From Parvibaculum sp. (GTDB taxonomy: Bacteria > Pseudomonadota > Alphaproteobacteria > Parvibaculales > Parvibaculaceae), in contig NZ_JBDWLT010000008.1 of NCBI RefSeq assembly GCF_039973015.1, positions 554,052 to 618,051 of the forward strand: 64,000 bases of DNA, in the 5' to 3' direction. A program made the translations under genes and the position numbers. The notes beneath the pieces are model-generated. The model worked only from the letters and a program-made list of their open reading frames with translations. It had not been told where the DNA came from and ran no database searches. Shown piece after piece: positions 28,145-37,849 of the stretch. Within the stretch, counting starts at the first letter, position 1; each line of letters opens with the position of its first letter.

Positions 28145-28882
28145 ATGCACATCCTTTATCTCGTGAATGCGCTCGATTCGCCGCCCGGTGTGCTGCTGGA
28201 CGAGGCCGCGCGCGCGGGCGCGTCAGCCGACATCATCTACACAGTGGAGAAACGCGACCTCGCGACGGGCGAAACGCGCGACGTCCCGCAAATACCGGAG
28301 GGTTTCGACGGACTTGTCGTGCTCGGCGGCGTGATGGGCGTCTATGAGGAGGCGAAGTATCCCTTCATCGACAAGACCCGAAATCTGGTGCGCGCCTTTC
28401 ATGAGTGCGAAAAGCCAGTGATGGGCGTCTGTCTCGGGGCGCAGATCGTCGCGAGCAGCTTCGGCGCGCCTGTCTATAAAATGAAAGAGAAGCTCACGCA
28501 GGCAGAAGAATGGGGCTTCCTGCCGCAGACATGGGAAAAGGTGGCGTCGAACGACGCGCTGCTCGCGGATGCGGCGCCGGGGCTAAGCCTCATGCACTGG
28601 CATGGCGACACATTCGACCTGCCGGAAAACGCGCGGCGGCTTTCGACGCGCGAGACCTGCCCCAACCAGTCTTTTCGCATGGGCAAGAAGACCTATGGCT
28701 TCCAGTTTCATCTGGAAGTGACGCGAGACATCCTTGAGGGATGGTCCGTCTTCCGCGCGAAAGCGCTCGATGTGCCGCTCGCCGAGATCGAGGCCCTGAT
28801 CGAACCGCAGATCGGGGCCTCGCTCGGTGCACAGGAAGAATTCGCCCGCCGCACAATGCAGCGCTGGATGGCACTCGGCTAG
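28145..28882 (+). CDS. Class I glutamine amidotransferase-like protein
   Basis: VMGVCLGAQIVA nucleophile-Cys motif and a downstream HWHGDTF. Confidence 0.8.
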   Translation: MHILYLVNALDSPPGVLLDEAARAGASADIIYTVEKRDLATGETRDVPQIPEGFDGLVVLGGVMGVYEEAKYPFIDKTRNLVRAFHECEKPVMGVCLGAQIVASSFGAPVYKMKEKLTQAEEWGFLPQTWEKVASNDALLADAAPGLSLMHWHGDTFDLPENARRLSTRETCPNQSFRMGKKTYGFQFHLEVTRDILEGWSVFRAKALDVPLAEIEALIEPQIGASLGAQEEFARRTMQRWMALG

Positions 28883-29649
28883 AAGTTCACCCGCCGCGAG
28901 ATCGCACCGTCGACCACGAGGTTCGAACCCGTGGTGAAGGAGGAAGCGGGACTCGCGAGGAAGACCGCGGCATTCGCGATATCCTGCGGGGTCGCCATGC
29001 GGCCGGTCGGGTTGCGCGACATGGCCTGCTTGAACATGTCGGGCATGTGATCCTCGATCATGTTCCAGACACCGCCCTTGAAATAGACCGTGCCGGGGGA
29101 AACCGTGTTCACGCGCACATGATCGCCCGCGTGCTGACGGGCAAGGCCCTTTGCGAGATGAATTTGAGCGGCCTTCTGCGCGCCATAGGCGTTGGCGTTA
29201 TCGTTTTCGGCGGCAGAGATCGAGGAGATGAAGGTGGCGGAAGCGTCGCCCGACTTCTTCGCAGCTTCCGTGAGGAAGGGAAGCGCGGCCTCGAAGGCAT
29301 TGACCGCGCCGAGCACGTCGATCTCGAAACAGGCGCGCCAGGACTTCTCGTCATTACCGTTTGCGAGCGCGGAGGCATTGGCGACGAGAATATCGATGCC
29401 GCCCATTGCCTCGCCCATGTCGGCGATCCACTTCTTCAGGCCCTCGCCATCGGCGATATCGGCAACGCCGCCTGTTGCCTTGATGCCCTTGCTGCAAAGC
29501 GCGGCAACGGCTTCATCCACCTGATCCTGATTGCGGGCGCAGATCGCGATATCGACGCCCTCCGACGCGAGCGTTTCAGCGATGGCGCGACCGATGCCGC
29601 GCGTGCCGCCGGTGACGATTGCCTTTTTGCCCTTGAGACCGAGATCCAT
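28879..29649 (-). CDS. SDR-family oxidoreductase
   Basis: TGGTRGIGRAIA and YGAQKAA motifs. Confidence 0.85.
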   Translation of the reverse strand: MDLGLKGKKAIVTGGTRGIGRAIAETLASEGVDIAICARNQDQVDEAVAALCSKGIKATGGVADIADGEGLKKWIADMGEAMGGIDILVANASALANGNDEKSWRACFEIDVLGAVNAFEAALPFLTEAAKKSGDASATFISSISAAENDNANAYGAQKAAQIHLAKGLARQHAGDHVRVNTVSPGTVYFKGGVWNMIEDHMPDMFKQAMSRNPTGRMATPQDIANAAVFLASPASSFTTGSNLVVDGAISRRVNF

Positions 29650-29733
29650 GACCGATGCCTTCCTGACTGTTTTTCGTTGGGGCGCACTCTAGCGCTCCAG
29701 CATCTCCCAACCAACCGTTACGAGGCCCGGGCG

Positions 29734-31563
29734 TCAGAAAGGACCGCGAGGGTCGTCGGCAATGAAGAGATCCCGCAGAGCCCTGAGCGCTTCGCGCCAG
29801 CGCATCTGGACTTTCTTGAGCAGGCTTTCCTCAACGGGCGGATCGAGATCGAGGCCAACCTGTTGAACCGCACCATCGCGCACCTGAAGCGCCGTAAGGG
29901 CAACGCCGCCCACCCGGGTGCGCTCGCCTTCCTTGATCTCCTTGCCGAGGCGGGAGCGCATGAACTGCTCCAGCGTGAGTTCACGCTCTTCCGCCTCGAA
30001 GGCAAGCCCGTAGATATCGGCAACCAGAGCGGCACTTGCCGTTCCCTCCAGCACGAAATCGACCGTGCCGACATCTTTTGTGCGGGTACGCGCCCGACGG
30101 GCGCCGAAAAGACGATCCAGCGTGGGGATCATGTCGGCGGTGGTGAGGATCATCACGACATCGCCCGGCTGTACACCCTGATCGAGGCCTTCGGTGCGGA
30201 CCACACCCTCGCGCATCACGGAGATGACCGTTGTGCCCATGGGGAGCGGCAAGCGGTTCACACCGCGCCGCGCGAGAAGGCTCATCGGGTCGACTGTATA
30301 AGCGACGACGCTCTTTCCTTTGCCCGCAGGCAGGTCGAGCTCGACACGCCGGTCCGGCATGGGGCGCGGGGGCAGTTCGACATCGGCCAGGCGCGCGACC
30401 AGAGGCACCGTCCAGCCCTGAAGGATGAGCGAGACGAGAACGATGACATAGGCGATGCTGAACAGGACTTCCGCATCCTCGACGCCCGACAGCACGGGGA
30501 TCGTCCCGAGAAAGATCGGCACGGCGCCGCGCAGGCCAACCCATGACACGAAAGCCGTTTCCTTCGGGGTGAAGCTGAAGGGGGCGAGGCAGGCCCATAC
30601 GGCAATTGGACGCGCAACGAGGATGAGTACAAGCGCGACAGCGAGTGCGGGCAGGAATATCGGGACAAGCGCCGAGGGCGTGACCAGCAATCCCATCATG
30701 AGGAACATGACGATCTGGGCGAGCCAGGCGACGCCATCGGAAAAGCGGGCTATTTCGCTTGTCGCACGATGCTGGTTGTTGCCGATAGTGAAACCGACGA
30801 GAAAGATCGCGAGGAAACCGCTCGCGCCCGCCGCCTGCGCGAGCGCAAACACCAGCAGCGCGAGCGCGCCCGTAAGGATCGGGTAAAGGCCTGATGAGAG
30901 CTGCAAGCGGTTTATGGCCCGCAGAACGAGTGCGCCACCAGCCGCACCGAACAGACCGCCACCGGCCATTTGCCAGAGAAAATCCAGAAGGAATCCGATT
31001 GCGTCACTGGTATTTGCCACGCTGTGTGCGCCGGCGGCGAAGCCTACAAGGCCAAGGGTAAGGAAGATCGCCATCGGATCGTTGATGCCGGACTCGACTT
31101 CAAGCGTGGCGGCGACGCGCGTCTTGAGGCGCAGACCGCGCAGATGAAGCAGGAAGAAAACCGCTGCGGCATCGGTCGAGCCGACGATGGCACCGAGCAG
31201 GAAGGCTTCGATCCAGCCGAGACCGAAGAGAAATTTTGCGGCGACGCCTGTGAGCCCTGCCGTCAGCACAACGCCTATGGTGGCAAGCGCGAGGCTCGGC
31301 CCGAAGGCACGGTTCAGCGCCTCGCGGTTCGTGCGCAGGCCACCGTCGAACAGGATCAGCGCAAGCGCGAATGAGCCAACGAGATAGGCGACCGCGAAAT
31401 CATCGAAAACGATGCCACCCGGGCCGTCCTCGCCCGCAAGCATCCCGAAGGCAAGGAAGACGAGCAACAGCGGGGCACCGATCCGCGAGGACAGAACGCC
31501 CGCGAAGATCGAAAAGGTAATCAGACCTGCTGAAACCAGAATGATCTGGTTGGCAAAATCCAT
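29734..31563 (-). CDS. K+/H+ antiporter (NhaP2/CvrA type, CPA1 with C-terminal TrkA-C domain)
   Basis: 609 aa: about 400 aa of polytopic cation:proton antiporter followed by a soluble TrkA-C-like domain. Confidence 0.85.
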   Translation of the reverse strand: MDFANQIILVSAGLITFSIFAGVLSSRIGAPLLLVFLAFGMLAGEDGPGGIVFDDFAVAYLVGSFALALILFDGGLRTNREALNRAFGPSLALATIGVVLTAGLTGVAAKFLFGLGWIEAFLLGAIVGSTDAAAVFFLLHLRGLRLKTRVAATLEVESGINDPMAIFLTLGLVGFAAGAHSVANTSDAIGFLLDFLWQMAGGGLFGAAGGALVLRAINRLQLSSGLYPILTGALALLVFALAQAAGASGFLAIFLVGFTIGNNQHRATSEIARFSDGVAWLAQIVMFLMMGLLVTPSALVPIFLPALAVALVLILVARPIAVWACLAPFSFTPKETAFVSWVGLRGAVPIFLGTIPVLSGVEDAEVLFSIAYVIVLVSLILQGWTVPLVARLADVELPPRPMPDRRVELDLPAGKGKSVVAYTVDPMSLLARRGVNRLPLPMGTTVISVMREGVVRTEGLDQGVQPGDVVMILTTADMIPTLDRLFGARRARTRTKDVGTVDFVLEGTASAALVADIYGLAFEAEERELTLEQFMRSRLGKEIKEGERTRVGGVALTALQVRDGAVQQVGLDLDPPVEESLLKKVQMRWREALRALRDLFIADDPRGPF

Positions 31564-31742
31564 CCCGAAACACCAATGCTCATGCGGGTCCTGCCAAGAA
31601 CAGGGCCGACTGCACGCGCATTGCGGCCAATCGGAACAGAAACCCCTCGAATCGCGAAAACGATATCGCGATCAGTGTACAGCAAGGCCGCCGGATTTCG
31701 CGCGCCAATCGGGGTGAAATGGCACGCGAGCCTGGTTTTTTT

Positions 31743-32048
31743 TCAGCCTGCCGCCTTTTTCTTGCGCGTCGCGGCCGCCTTCTTCGCAGAAGCGGAACGT
31801 TCCGATGCGGGACGGTTTGCCGACGCCTCACCGCCCTTTCGTCCGCCCTTCTTCGATGCGGATTTATTGTCCTCCGTGCCACGGCCCGAACCTGACTTCT
31901 TGCCGCCGCCTTCCTCCTTGTTGACGGTGGCCCAGGCGCGACGTTCGGCCTCTTCCTTCTTGACGCCGCGCTCCTCGTACCCTTTTTCAATATGTTCGGC
32001 CTTGCGCTTCTGCTTATCCGTATATGCCCTCTTGTCGCCGCGAGGCAT
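31743..32048 (-). CDS. Small lysine-rich conserved protein (101 aa)
   Basis: MPRGDKRAYTDKQKRKAEHIEKGYEERGVKKEEAERRAWATVNKEEGGGKKSGSG... Start moved to the internal ATG, which lies about 40 nt downstream of an EcfG-type promoter. Confidence 0.6.
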   Translation of the reverse strand: MPRGDKRAYTDKQKRKAEHIEKGYEERGVKKEEAERRAWATVNKEEGGGKKSGSGRGTEDNKSASKKGGRKGGEASANRPASERSASAKKAAATRKKKAAG

Positions 32049-32086
32049 GGCGCTCTCCTCTCCTTTGACGCCCCCGCCTTGAATGG

Positions 32087-32111
32087 AACGCCGGCGGAAC
32101 ACGCGGGTTCC
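32087..32111 (-). promoter_or_regulatory. Sigma-EcfG-type promoter
   Basis: Plus strand AACG-N16-GTTCC (32087-32111), which is GGAAC-N16-CGTT on the minus strand, upstream of the ATG at 32048. Confidence 0.5.
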
Positions 32112-32247
32112 CCCTGCCTGCTCCTCCCGGCGCTGTTCGTCCATGTGCAGAGGTAGCTGACAAATTGTCTGTGACGGCAGGCAGCAATGCCCTTATTCTC
32201 TGCGCCAACAACCGGCAATGCCGAAAACAATAAGAGGAGGGACGGGG

Positions 32248-33456
32248 ATGGATCTCGCCATGAAACCCGAGGATGTCGCCTTTCGCGACGAGGTAAGGGC
32301 ATTTCTCAAGGAAAACCTGACGGATGACCTGAAAGCTCATGCGCGGCTGACGCCCGGCATTCTTGCCGACCAGGATCTGCGCGTGGAATGGCTCAAGCGT
32401 CTCTACAAGCGCGGCTGGGCGGCACCGAGCTGGCCGAAGGAATATGGCGGCGCCGGCTTCAACGTGATGCAGCGCTTCATCTGGGCCTCCGAATGCGCGG
32501 CGGCGGGCGCGCCTGCCGGCTCCAACATGGGGCTTTCCATGGTCGGCCCGACGCTGATGGGACATGGCACGGACGAACAGAAGGCTCACTACCTGCCGCG
32601 CATTCTCGATGGCACGGACTGGTGGTGTCAGGGCTACTCGGAGCCTGGCTCGGGGTCGGACCTTGCAAGCCTGCAATGCCGCGCCGAATCCGACGGTGAC
32701 GACTACATCGTCAACGGCACCAAGCTCTGGACCACAGGGGCGCATCAATCGAACAAGATGTTTTGCCTCGTGCGTACCAACCCGAACGCCGAGAAAAAGC
32801 AGGAAGGCATCTCGTTCATCCTGATCGACGAGTTTCCCGGCAAAGGCATCACCATCGATCCGATCATCACATTGGCGGGCGACCATGAAGTGAACCAGGT
32901 TTTCTTCGACGATGTGCGCGTTCCGAAGAAGAACCGCGTCGGCGCCGAGAATAATGGCTGGACGGTCGCGAAGTACCTTCTCGAATTCGAGCGAGGCGGC
33001 GCGGCGCATGGCGCGGCACTCCGCAATGCACTGAACAAGCTGCGCGTGATGGCGGGCATGGAACATGGCGATGGCGGCAAGCTGATCGACGATCCGGCCT
33101 TCCGGCGCAAGGTGGACGAAACGGAAGTGGAAGTGACCTCGGTGGAGTTCACGGAACATCGCATCATGTCGCAGCTCTCGAACGGACAGAACCCCGGCGC
33201 TGCTGCCTCGATCATCAAGCTCAAGGGCGCAGATACGAACCAGAAGATCACCGAGCTCGCCGTGGAGGCAATTGCCTATTACGCACAGCCGGATGTGATG
33301 GAAGCGCGGACATGGGGCGCGAATGAAAAGCCCGTGGGGCCGGACCATGCACTGATGGTCATGCCGAAATATCTCAACACCCGCGCGCAAACGATCTTCG
33401 GCGGATCGAACGAGGTTCAGCGCAATATCATGGCGAAGGCGGTGCTGGGGCTCTGA
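32248..33456 (+). CDS. Acyl-CoA dehydrogenase
   Basis: Typical ACAD N-terminus (MDLAMKPEDVAFRDEVRAFLKENL), WCQGYSEPGSGSDLASL, C-terminal IFGGSNEVQRNIMAK. Confidence 0.9.
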   Translation: MDLAMKPEDVAFRDEVRAFLKENLTDDLKAHARLTPGILADQDLRVEWLKRLYKRGWAAPSWPKEYGGAGFNVMQRFIWASECAAAGAPAGSNMGLSMVGPTLMGHGTDEQKAHYLPRILDGTDWWCQGYSEPGSGSDLASLQCRAESDGDDYIVNGTKLWTTGAHQSNKMFCLVRTNPNAEKKQEGISFILIDEFPGKGITIDPIITLAGDHEVNQVFFDDVRVPKKNRVGAENNGWTVAKYLLEFERGGAAHGAALRNALNKLRVMAGMEHGDGGKLIDDPAFRRKVDETEVEVTSVEFTEHRIMSQLSNGQNPGAAASIIKLKGADTNQKITELAVEAIAYYAQPDVMEARTWGANEKPVGPDHALMVMPKYLNTRAQTIFGGSNEVQRNIMAKAVLGL

Positions 33457-33459
33457 AGC

Positions 33460-34086
33460 CTAACCTGCCTCCGGGTCGCGGCCGACGGCCATGCGGTAAG
33501 TGAGACGCGCCAACTCCTTCGTGAGTTCGGCGCGTTTTCTTTCGCTCACATCGAGGAAAGCGACCTCAAGGATTGCGTTGTAGAGCATTTCGGAGATGAG
33601 CCAGGCATCCTCTTCGGGCATCGGCAGGTCGAGGGCCCCCGCGGCATGGATGCGCACACGTTGCGACAGGGCGGCGAGCGCGGCCCGCGTTTCCACCACG
33701 GCGGGAAGCATCGGGACGAAAGGGACCTGCCGGAGCAAGACCCGGAAGACGTCGCGCTCATCGACAAGCGATCCGACGGCGCGGCGCGTCATATGCGCGA
33801 CGGCGGGCCAGGGCTCCATGCCGGAGGCTTCCGAAAAGGCCTGCTCCATGTTTGTTTCAACCCGCGTCATGAGGCGCGCGACGAGTTCTGCAACGACTGC
33901 TTCCTTGTTGGGGAAGAACTCATAAAGCGTCGCGATGCCAACACCCGCCTGCTCGGCGATGCGGTTCGTCGTCAACGCTTCGTAGTCTCGCTCCCGCAAA
34001 AGCCGAGCAGCCGCATCGACGATGGCGTCGAAACTAGCCCTGGAGCGGGCCTGTTTTGGTCGCTTTTTCGGTTTCAGATCAGGCAT
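33460..34086 (-). CDS. TetR-family transcriptional regulator
   Basis: HTH region: SFDAIVDAAARLLRERDYEALTTNRIAEQAGVGIATLYEFFPNKEAV. Confidence 0.85.
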   Translation of the reverse strand: MPDLKPKKRPKQARSRASFDAIVDAAARLLRERDYEALTTNRIAEQAGVGIATLYEFFPNKEAVVAELVARLMTRVETNMEQAFSEASGMEPWPAVAHMTRRAVGSLVDERDVFRVLLRQVPFVPMLPAVVETRAALAALSQRVRIHAAGALDLPMPEEDAWLISEMLYNAILEVAFLDVSERKRAELTKELARLTYRMAVGRDPEAG

Positions 34087-34211
34087 TTGGCGACTTTCAG
34101 CGGTTCCCTGGCAAGGGCGGCAGGAGGCCATTCCAAACCCGAGTTTTCCGAGTAATTACTTGGATTATATTGATGGTGCGGGACAAAACGCAAAACGGGA
34201 GTGAAGCCAGC

Positions 34212-35132
34212 ATGCCAATTCAGGGAGAAGCCGCCGCGTCGACCTTGAAGCGCGAGAGCGCGAAAGCACCTGCACAGCGCGACTACTCGAGCCCGATCCC
34301 GACGCTGGATTTCACGAAGCCCGAGGGCGATCCGGGCCTGCTTGGCCCGAACTCGATGGGCTGGAAAGTGAGTGCGAACCCGATTGTCAGCGCGGTCGGC
34401 GGCATCACCGCCGTCATTCTGGAGCTTGCCGAAAAACATGTGCGCGCGGGCGTCTGGGACCATTCGACATTCAAGGTCGATCCGATACGCCGGATGGAGC
34501 GCACCGGCATGGCGGCAGCAGCGGTCACCTACGGCCCGACGAAAATGGCGCAGCAGACATTCGACCGGGTAACGCGGATGCATCAACGCGTGACGGGTAC
34601 GACGCATGACGGTGAAGCCTATCAGGCGATGGACCCTGCCCTGCTCACATGGGTGCATGTGACTGCGGGGTGGGGGTTCCTCAATGCCTATAAGCGTTAC
34701 GCTCACCCCGGGCTGTCGCGCGAAGACGAAGACCGCTACTACCGCGAGGGCACAGTGATCGGCAAGGGCTTCGGCGCGGAATGGGTGCCGACCTCGAAGG
34801 CGGAGATGGACGCCTATATGGCGGAGATGACGCCGAAGCTCTACGCGAACGAGACGGTGCATGAGTTTCTCGAACTCGTGCGCAATGCGACGCCTCTCGG
34901 GAGCGCCGGCAAGCCCGTGCAGCGGCTCATCACGCAGGCGGCAATCGATCTTCTGCCGAAGGAAATGCAAAACCAGTGCGGCGTTGCCGTTTCACCAGCG
35001 GCAAGGCCAATGGTGCGCCCGGCCGTGCGCGCACTCGCCAGAACGGCTGGCCTTGCAATGCGCTTTGCCAAAAATTCACCTGCGCATCAGGCTTGCCGCC
35101 GCATGGGAGTATCGACAGACTGTCTTCGCTAA
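34212..35132 (+). CDS. Oxygenase MpaB-family (DUF2236) protein
   Basis: Pattern ...MGWKVSANP...AVILELAEKHVRAGVWDHSTFKVDPIRRMERT...MHQRVTG...YQAMDPALLTWVH. ATG at 34212 preceded by GGGAG. Confidence 0.7.
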   Translation: MPIQGEAAASTLKRESAKAPAQRDYSSPIPTLDFTKPEGDPGLLGPNSMGWKVSANPIVSAVGGITAVILELAEKHVRAGVWDHSTFKVDPIRRMERTGMAAAAVTYGPTKMAQQTFDRVTRMHQRVTGTTHDGEAYQAMDPALLTWVHVTAGWGFLNAYKRYAHPGLSREDEDRYYREGTVIGKGFGAEWVPTSKAEMDAYMAEMTPKLYANETVHEFLELVRNATPLGSAGKPVQRLITQAAIDLLPKEMQNQCGVAVSPAARPMVRPAVRALARTAGLAMRFAKNSPAHQACRRMGVSTDCLR

Positions 35133-35163
35133 TTCGTTCGGACAGCCAAAGCAGAAAAAGAAA

Positions 35164-36366
35164 ATGAACCTCGACCTGACACCGGAGGACGCCGCATTCC
35201 GCGACGAAGTGCGCTCCTTTCTCGACGAAAACCTGACACCGGAGCTTGCTGAAGCGGGCAAACTCACGACCTCGGTTTTCACCGACAAGCAGTGGAACCT
35301 CGCCTGGCAGAAGGTCCTCTACAAGAAGGGGTGGGTCGCGCCGAACTGGCCGGTGGAGTATGGCGGCACAGGCTGGACCGAAATGCAGAAATACATCTGG
35401 ACCTCGGAATGCACACGCTACGGCACACCGGGGCTCTCGCCGATGGGTCTGCGAATGTGCGGACCGATGCTGATGAAGTTCGGCACACCGGAACAGAAAG
35501 ACTATTACCTGCCGCGCATTCTTTCCGGTGAAGACTATTGGTGCCAGGGCTATTCGGAGCCTGGCGCAGGATCGGATCTCGCTTCGCTGCAACTCAAAGC
35601 GGTGAGTGACGGCGACGATTATGTGCTGAACGGGACCAAGATCTGGACCACACATGCGCATTTTGCGAACATGATGTTCTGCCTGGCGAGAACGGACGGG
35701 ACCGGAAAGCCTCAACAGGGCATCACCTTCTTGCTGCTCGACATGAACACGCCAGGCATCAAGGTGGAGCCGATCATCACTCTTGCTGGCGAGCACGAAG
35801 TGAACCAGGTTTTCTTCGACGATGTGCGCGTGCCGAAAGCGAACCGCGTGGGTGACGAAAATGACGGCTGGACGGTTGCAAAATATCTTCTCGAGTTTGA
35901 ACGCGGCGGCGCCTTCGCGGCCTCGCTTGAAGTCGGCATCGAGAAAATTCGGGACGTTGCTGCCAGCGAAAGATCGAGCGACGGCCAGCGGCTGATCGAC
36001 GATCAGATCTTCGCGCGCAAGATCGCGGAGGCTGCCATCGAAGTGAAGGCGATGGAGATGACCGAGCATCGCGTGATGGCCGAACTTGCAGGCGGCAAAA
36101 ACCCGGGGCCTGCCTCGTCGATGCTGAAGACACGCGGCACCGAGATGCGCCAGAGGCTTGACGAGATTGCCATCGAGACAATCGCCTATTACGCGGGCGC
36201 CGACCAGCACGACGCACGAACGCCGGGATCAAACGTCGAACCCATAGGTCCCGCGGAAGGCATGGTCTTCATGCCGACCTATCTCAACAATCGCGCAGCC
36301 TCGATTTACGGCGGCTCGAACGAGGTTCAGCGCGGCATCATGGCGAAGCTGGTGCTGGGGCTCTGA
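35164..36366 (+). CDS. Acyl-CoA dehydrogenase (paralogue of 32248..33456)
   Basis: MNLDLTPEDAAFRDEVRSFLDENL..., WCQGYSEPGAGSDLASL, IYGGSNEVQRGIMAK. Confidence 0.9.
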   Translation: MNLDLTPEDAAFRDEVRSFLDENLTPELAEAGKLTTSVFTDKQWNLAWQKVLYKKGWVAPNWPVEYGGTGWTEMQKYIWTSECTRYGTPGLSPMGLRMCGPMLMKFGTPEQKDYYLPRILSGEDYWCQGYSEPGAGSDLASLQLKAVSDGDDYVLNGTKIWTTHAHFANMMFCLARTDGTGKPQQGITFLLLDMNTPGIKVEPIITLAGEHEVNQVFFDDVRVPKANRVGDENDGWTVAKYLLEFERGGAFAASLEVGIEKIRDVAASERSSDGQRLIDDQIFARKIAEAAIEVKAMEMTEHRVMAELAGGKNPGPASSMLKTRGTEMRQRLDEIAIETIAYYAGADQHDARTPGSNVEPIGPAEGMVFMPTYLNNRAASIYGGSNEVQRGIMAKLVLGL

Positions 36367-36369
36367 ACC

Positions 36370-36810
36370 CTACGACTTTCGAGCAATCAAAAGCGTCGTC
36401 GTCTGGGTAAAGATGGTTTCATCGTTCTGGTTCATCAGGATGTGGCGGTTCTTCACCACGCCACGGTCAGGCTTCGACGATGATGGCCTGGTCTCGATAC
36501 ATTCGATGACGAGACGGAGCGTGTCACCCAGCCGTGCGGGCTTGAGGAAGCGTATCTCATCATAGCCCAGTGCGCCGATCACCGCCGTCTCCTCGGGGAG
36601 ACGCGAGGCGAGCCAGAGCACAATCGCCTGCACATGCGTACCGCACGCCGTCAAAGTGCCGTATACCGACTTCGCGGCCGCATCCTCATCGACATGAAAC
36701 GGCTGTGGATCCCACTTCTGCGCGAAGGAGACGATCTCGTCCTTCGTCAGCTCGTAGCGCACAGGAATATCGTGGCGTTCACCCAGGACGAAATCGTCAA
36801 AGTAGCGCAT
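36370..36810 (-). CDS. MaoC-like (R)-hydratase/dehydratase, single hotdog
   Basis: MRYFDDFVLGERH...FAQKWDPQPFHVDEDAAAKSVYGTLTACGTH. Start at the ATG at 36810. Confidence 0.85.
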   Translation of the reverse strand: MRYFDDFVLGERHDIPVRYELTKDEIVSFAQKWDPQPFHVDEDAAAKSVYGTLTACGTHVQAIVLWLASRLPEETAVIGALGYDEIRFLKPARLGDTLRLVIECIETRPSSSKPDRGVVKNRHILMNQNDETIFTQTTTLLIARKS

Positions 36811-36979
36811 GGTCCCTCTCCCTATTTCCCGAGAAACATAGACGGGGAGCAGCCGACCGTTCAATCGGTCGATTCTTGATGACTTCGCCGTGCGACCGGG
36901 CTGGTTAACTCGCAGTTGCCCAAATCTCCCCAGCTCCTGTACCTTGCCTTCGGATTTCTCAGGGGGAGCGCAAGAGACT

Positions 36980-37783
36980 ATGAGTATCGTCTGGAACGAC
37001 AAGGGCCTTCTGGTCAACGATACCCAATTCCAGTTGATCGTCGGCTTGAACGATCTGATTGCGCTCAAGGAAGATCATGGACTGGTGTTGGGCAAGACCA
37101 GAGAGATGGTCGATACCTACATGGACCTGCTTGCGGGGTTCCCGGCACAGCACATCTTCGAGCTAGGCATATTCCGCGGTGGCAGCACTGCGTTTTTCAA
37201 TGAGCTGCTGAGGCCGGCGAAGCTTGTGGCCATCGACTTTATGAAGAAACCGAGACGTGGCTTCAGAGACTACATGAACACCGGCGCGAATGCAGGAAGC
37301 ATCCGCCCCTACTTCGGAGTCGACCAAGCCGACACACAGAGGCTCCAGGAAATCTGCGACGAAGAGTTGGGCGACGCGCCACTTGATCTGGTTATCGATG
37401 ACGCTTCGCACATGCTGGAGGAAACGAAAACATCCTTTAACTTCCTGTTTCCAAAGCTAAGGCCGGGCGGCCTGTATATCATTGAGGACTGGGGATGGGC
37501 ACATGTGCCCGATGCCACCGGTGCCTTCGAAAAAATGGTTGGCGAGCGCGCGCCGCTTTCAAATCTTATCATAGAGATCATGCTGGCCAGCACCCGCAAG
37601 CCACTTCTGTTTCCTGAAATACGCGTATTTTCAACCTCCGTAATTATTCGCAGGGGCGAGTGCGATATTGATCCCGATTTCGACATTTCGCAGCTAGCCT
37701 TTTACTGGAATCACTGCATTGGTCGAACCAACTTCTTCGACCGGCAACGACTGGAGCTACTCCCCGACATCGGGAGAAAATAA
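36980..37783 (+). CDS. Class I SAM-dependent methyltransferase-like protein (CmcI/cephalosporin-hydroxylase family-like)
   Basis: IFELGIFRGGSTAFF (glycine-rich motif I), LVAIDF, LVIDDASH, GGLYIIEDW. Local GC is clearly lower than the flanks. Confidence 0.6.
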   Translation: MSIVWNDKGLLVNDTQFQLIVGLNDLIALKEDHGLVLGKTREMVDTYMDLLAGFPAQHIFELGIFRGGSTAFFNELLRPAKLVAIDFMKKPRRGFRDYMNTGANAGSIRPYFGVDQADTQRLQEICDEELGDAPLDLVIDDASHMLEETKTSFNFLFPKLRPGGLYIIEDWGWAHVPDATGAFEKMVGERAPLSNLIIEIMLASTRKPLLFPEIRVFSTSVIIRRGECDIDPDFDISQLAFYWNHCIGRTNFFDRQRLELLPDIGRK

Positions 37784-37849
37784 CAAGTAGTCTTTTGAAC
37801 AGCTCATGCTGCAGAGTAACGGAAGGCAGCAGCACAGGGGGAGAACGCG

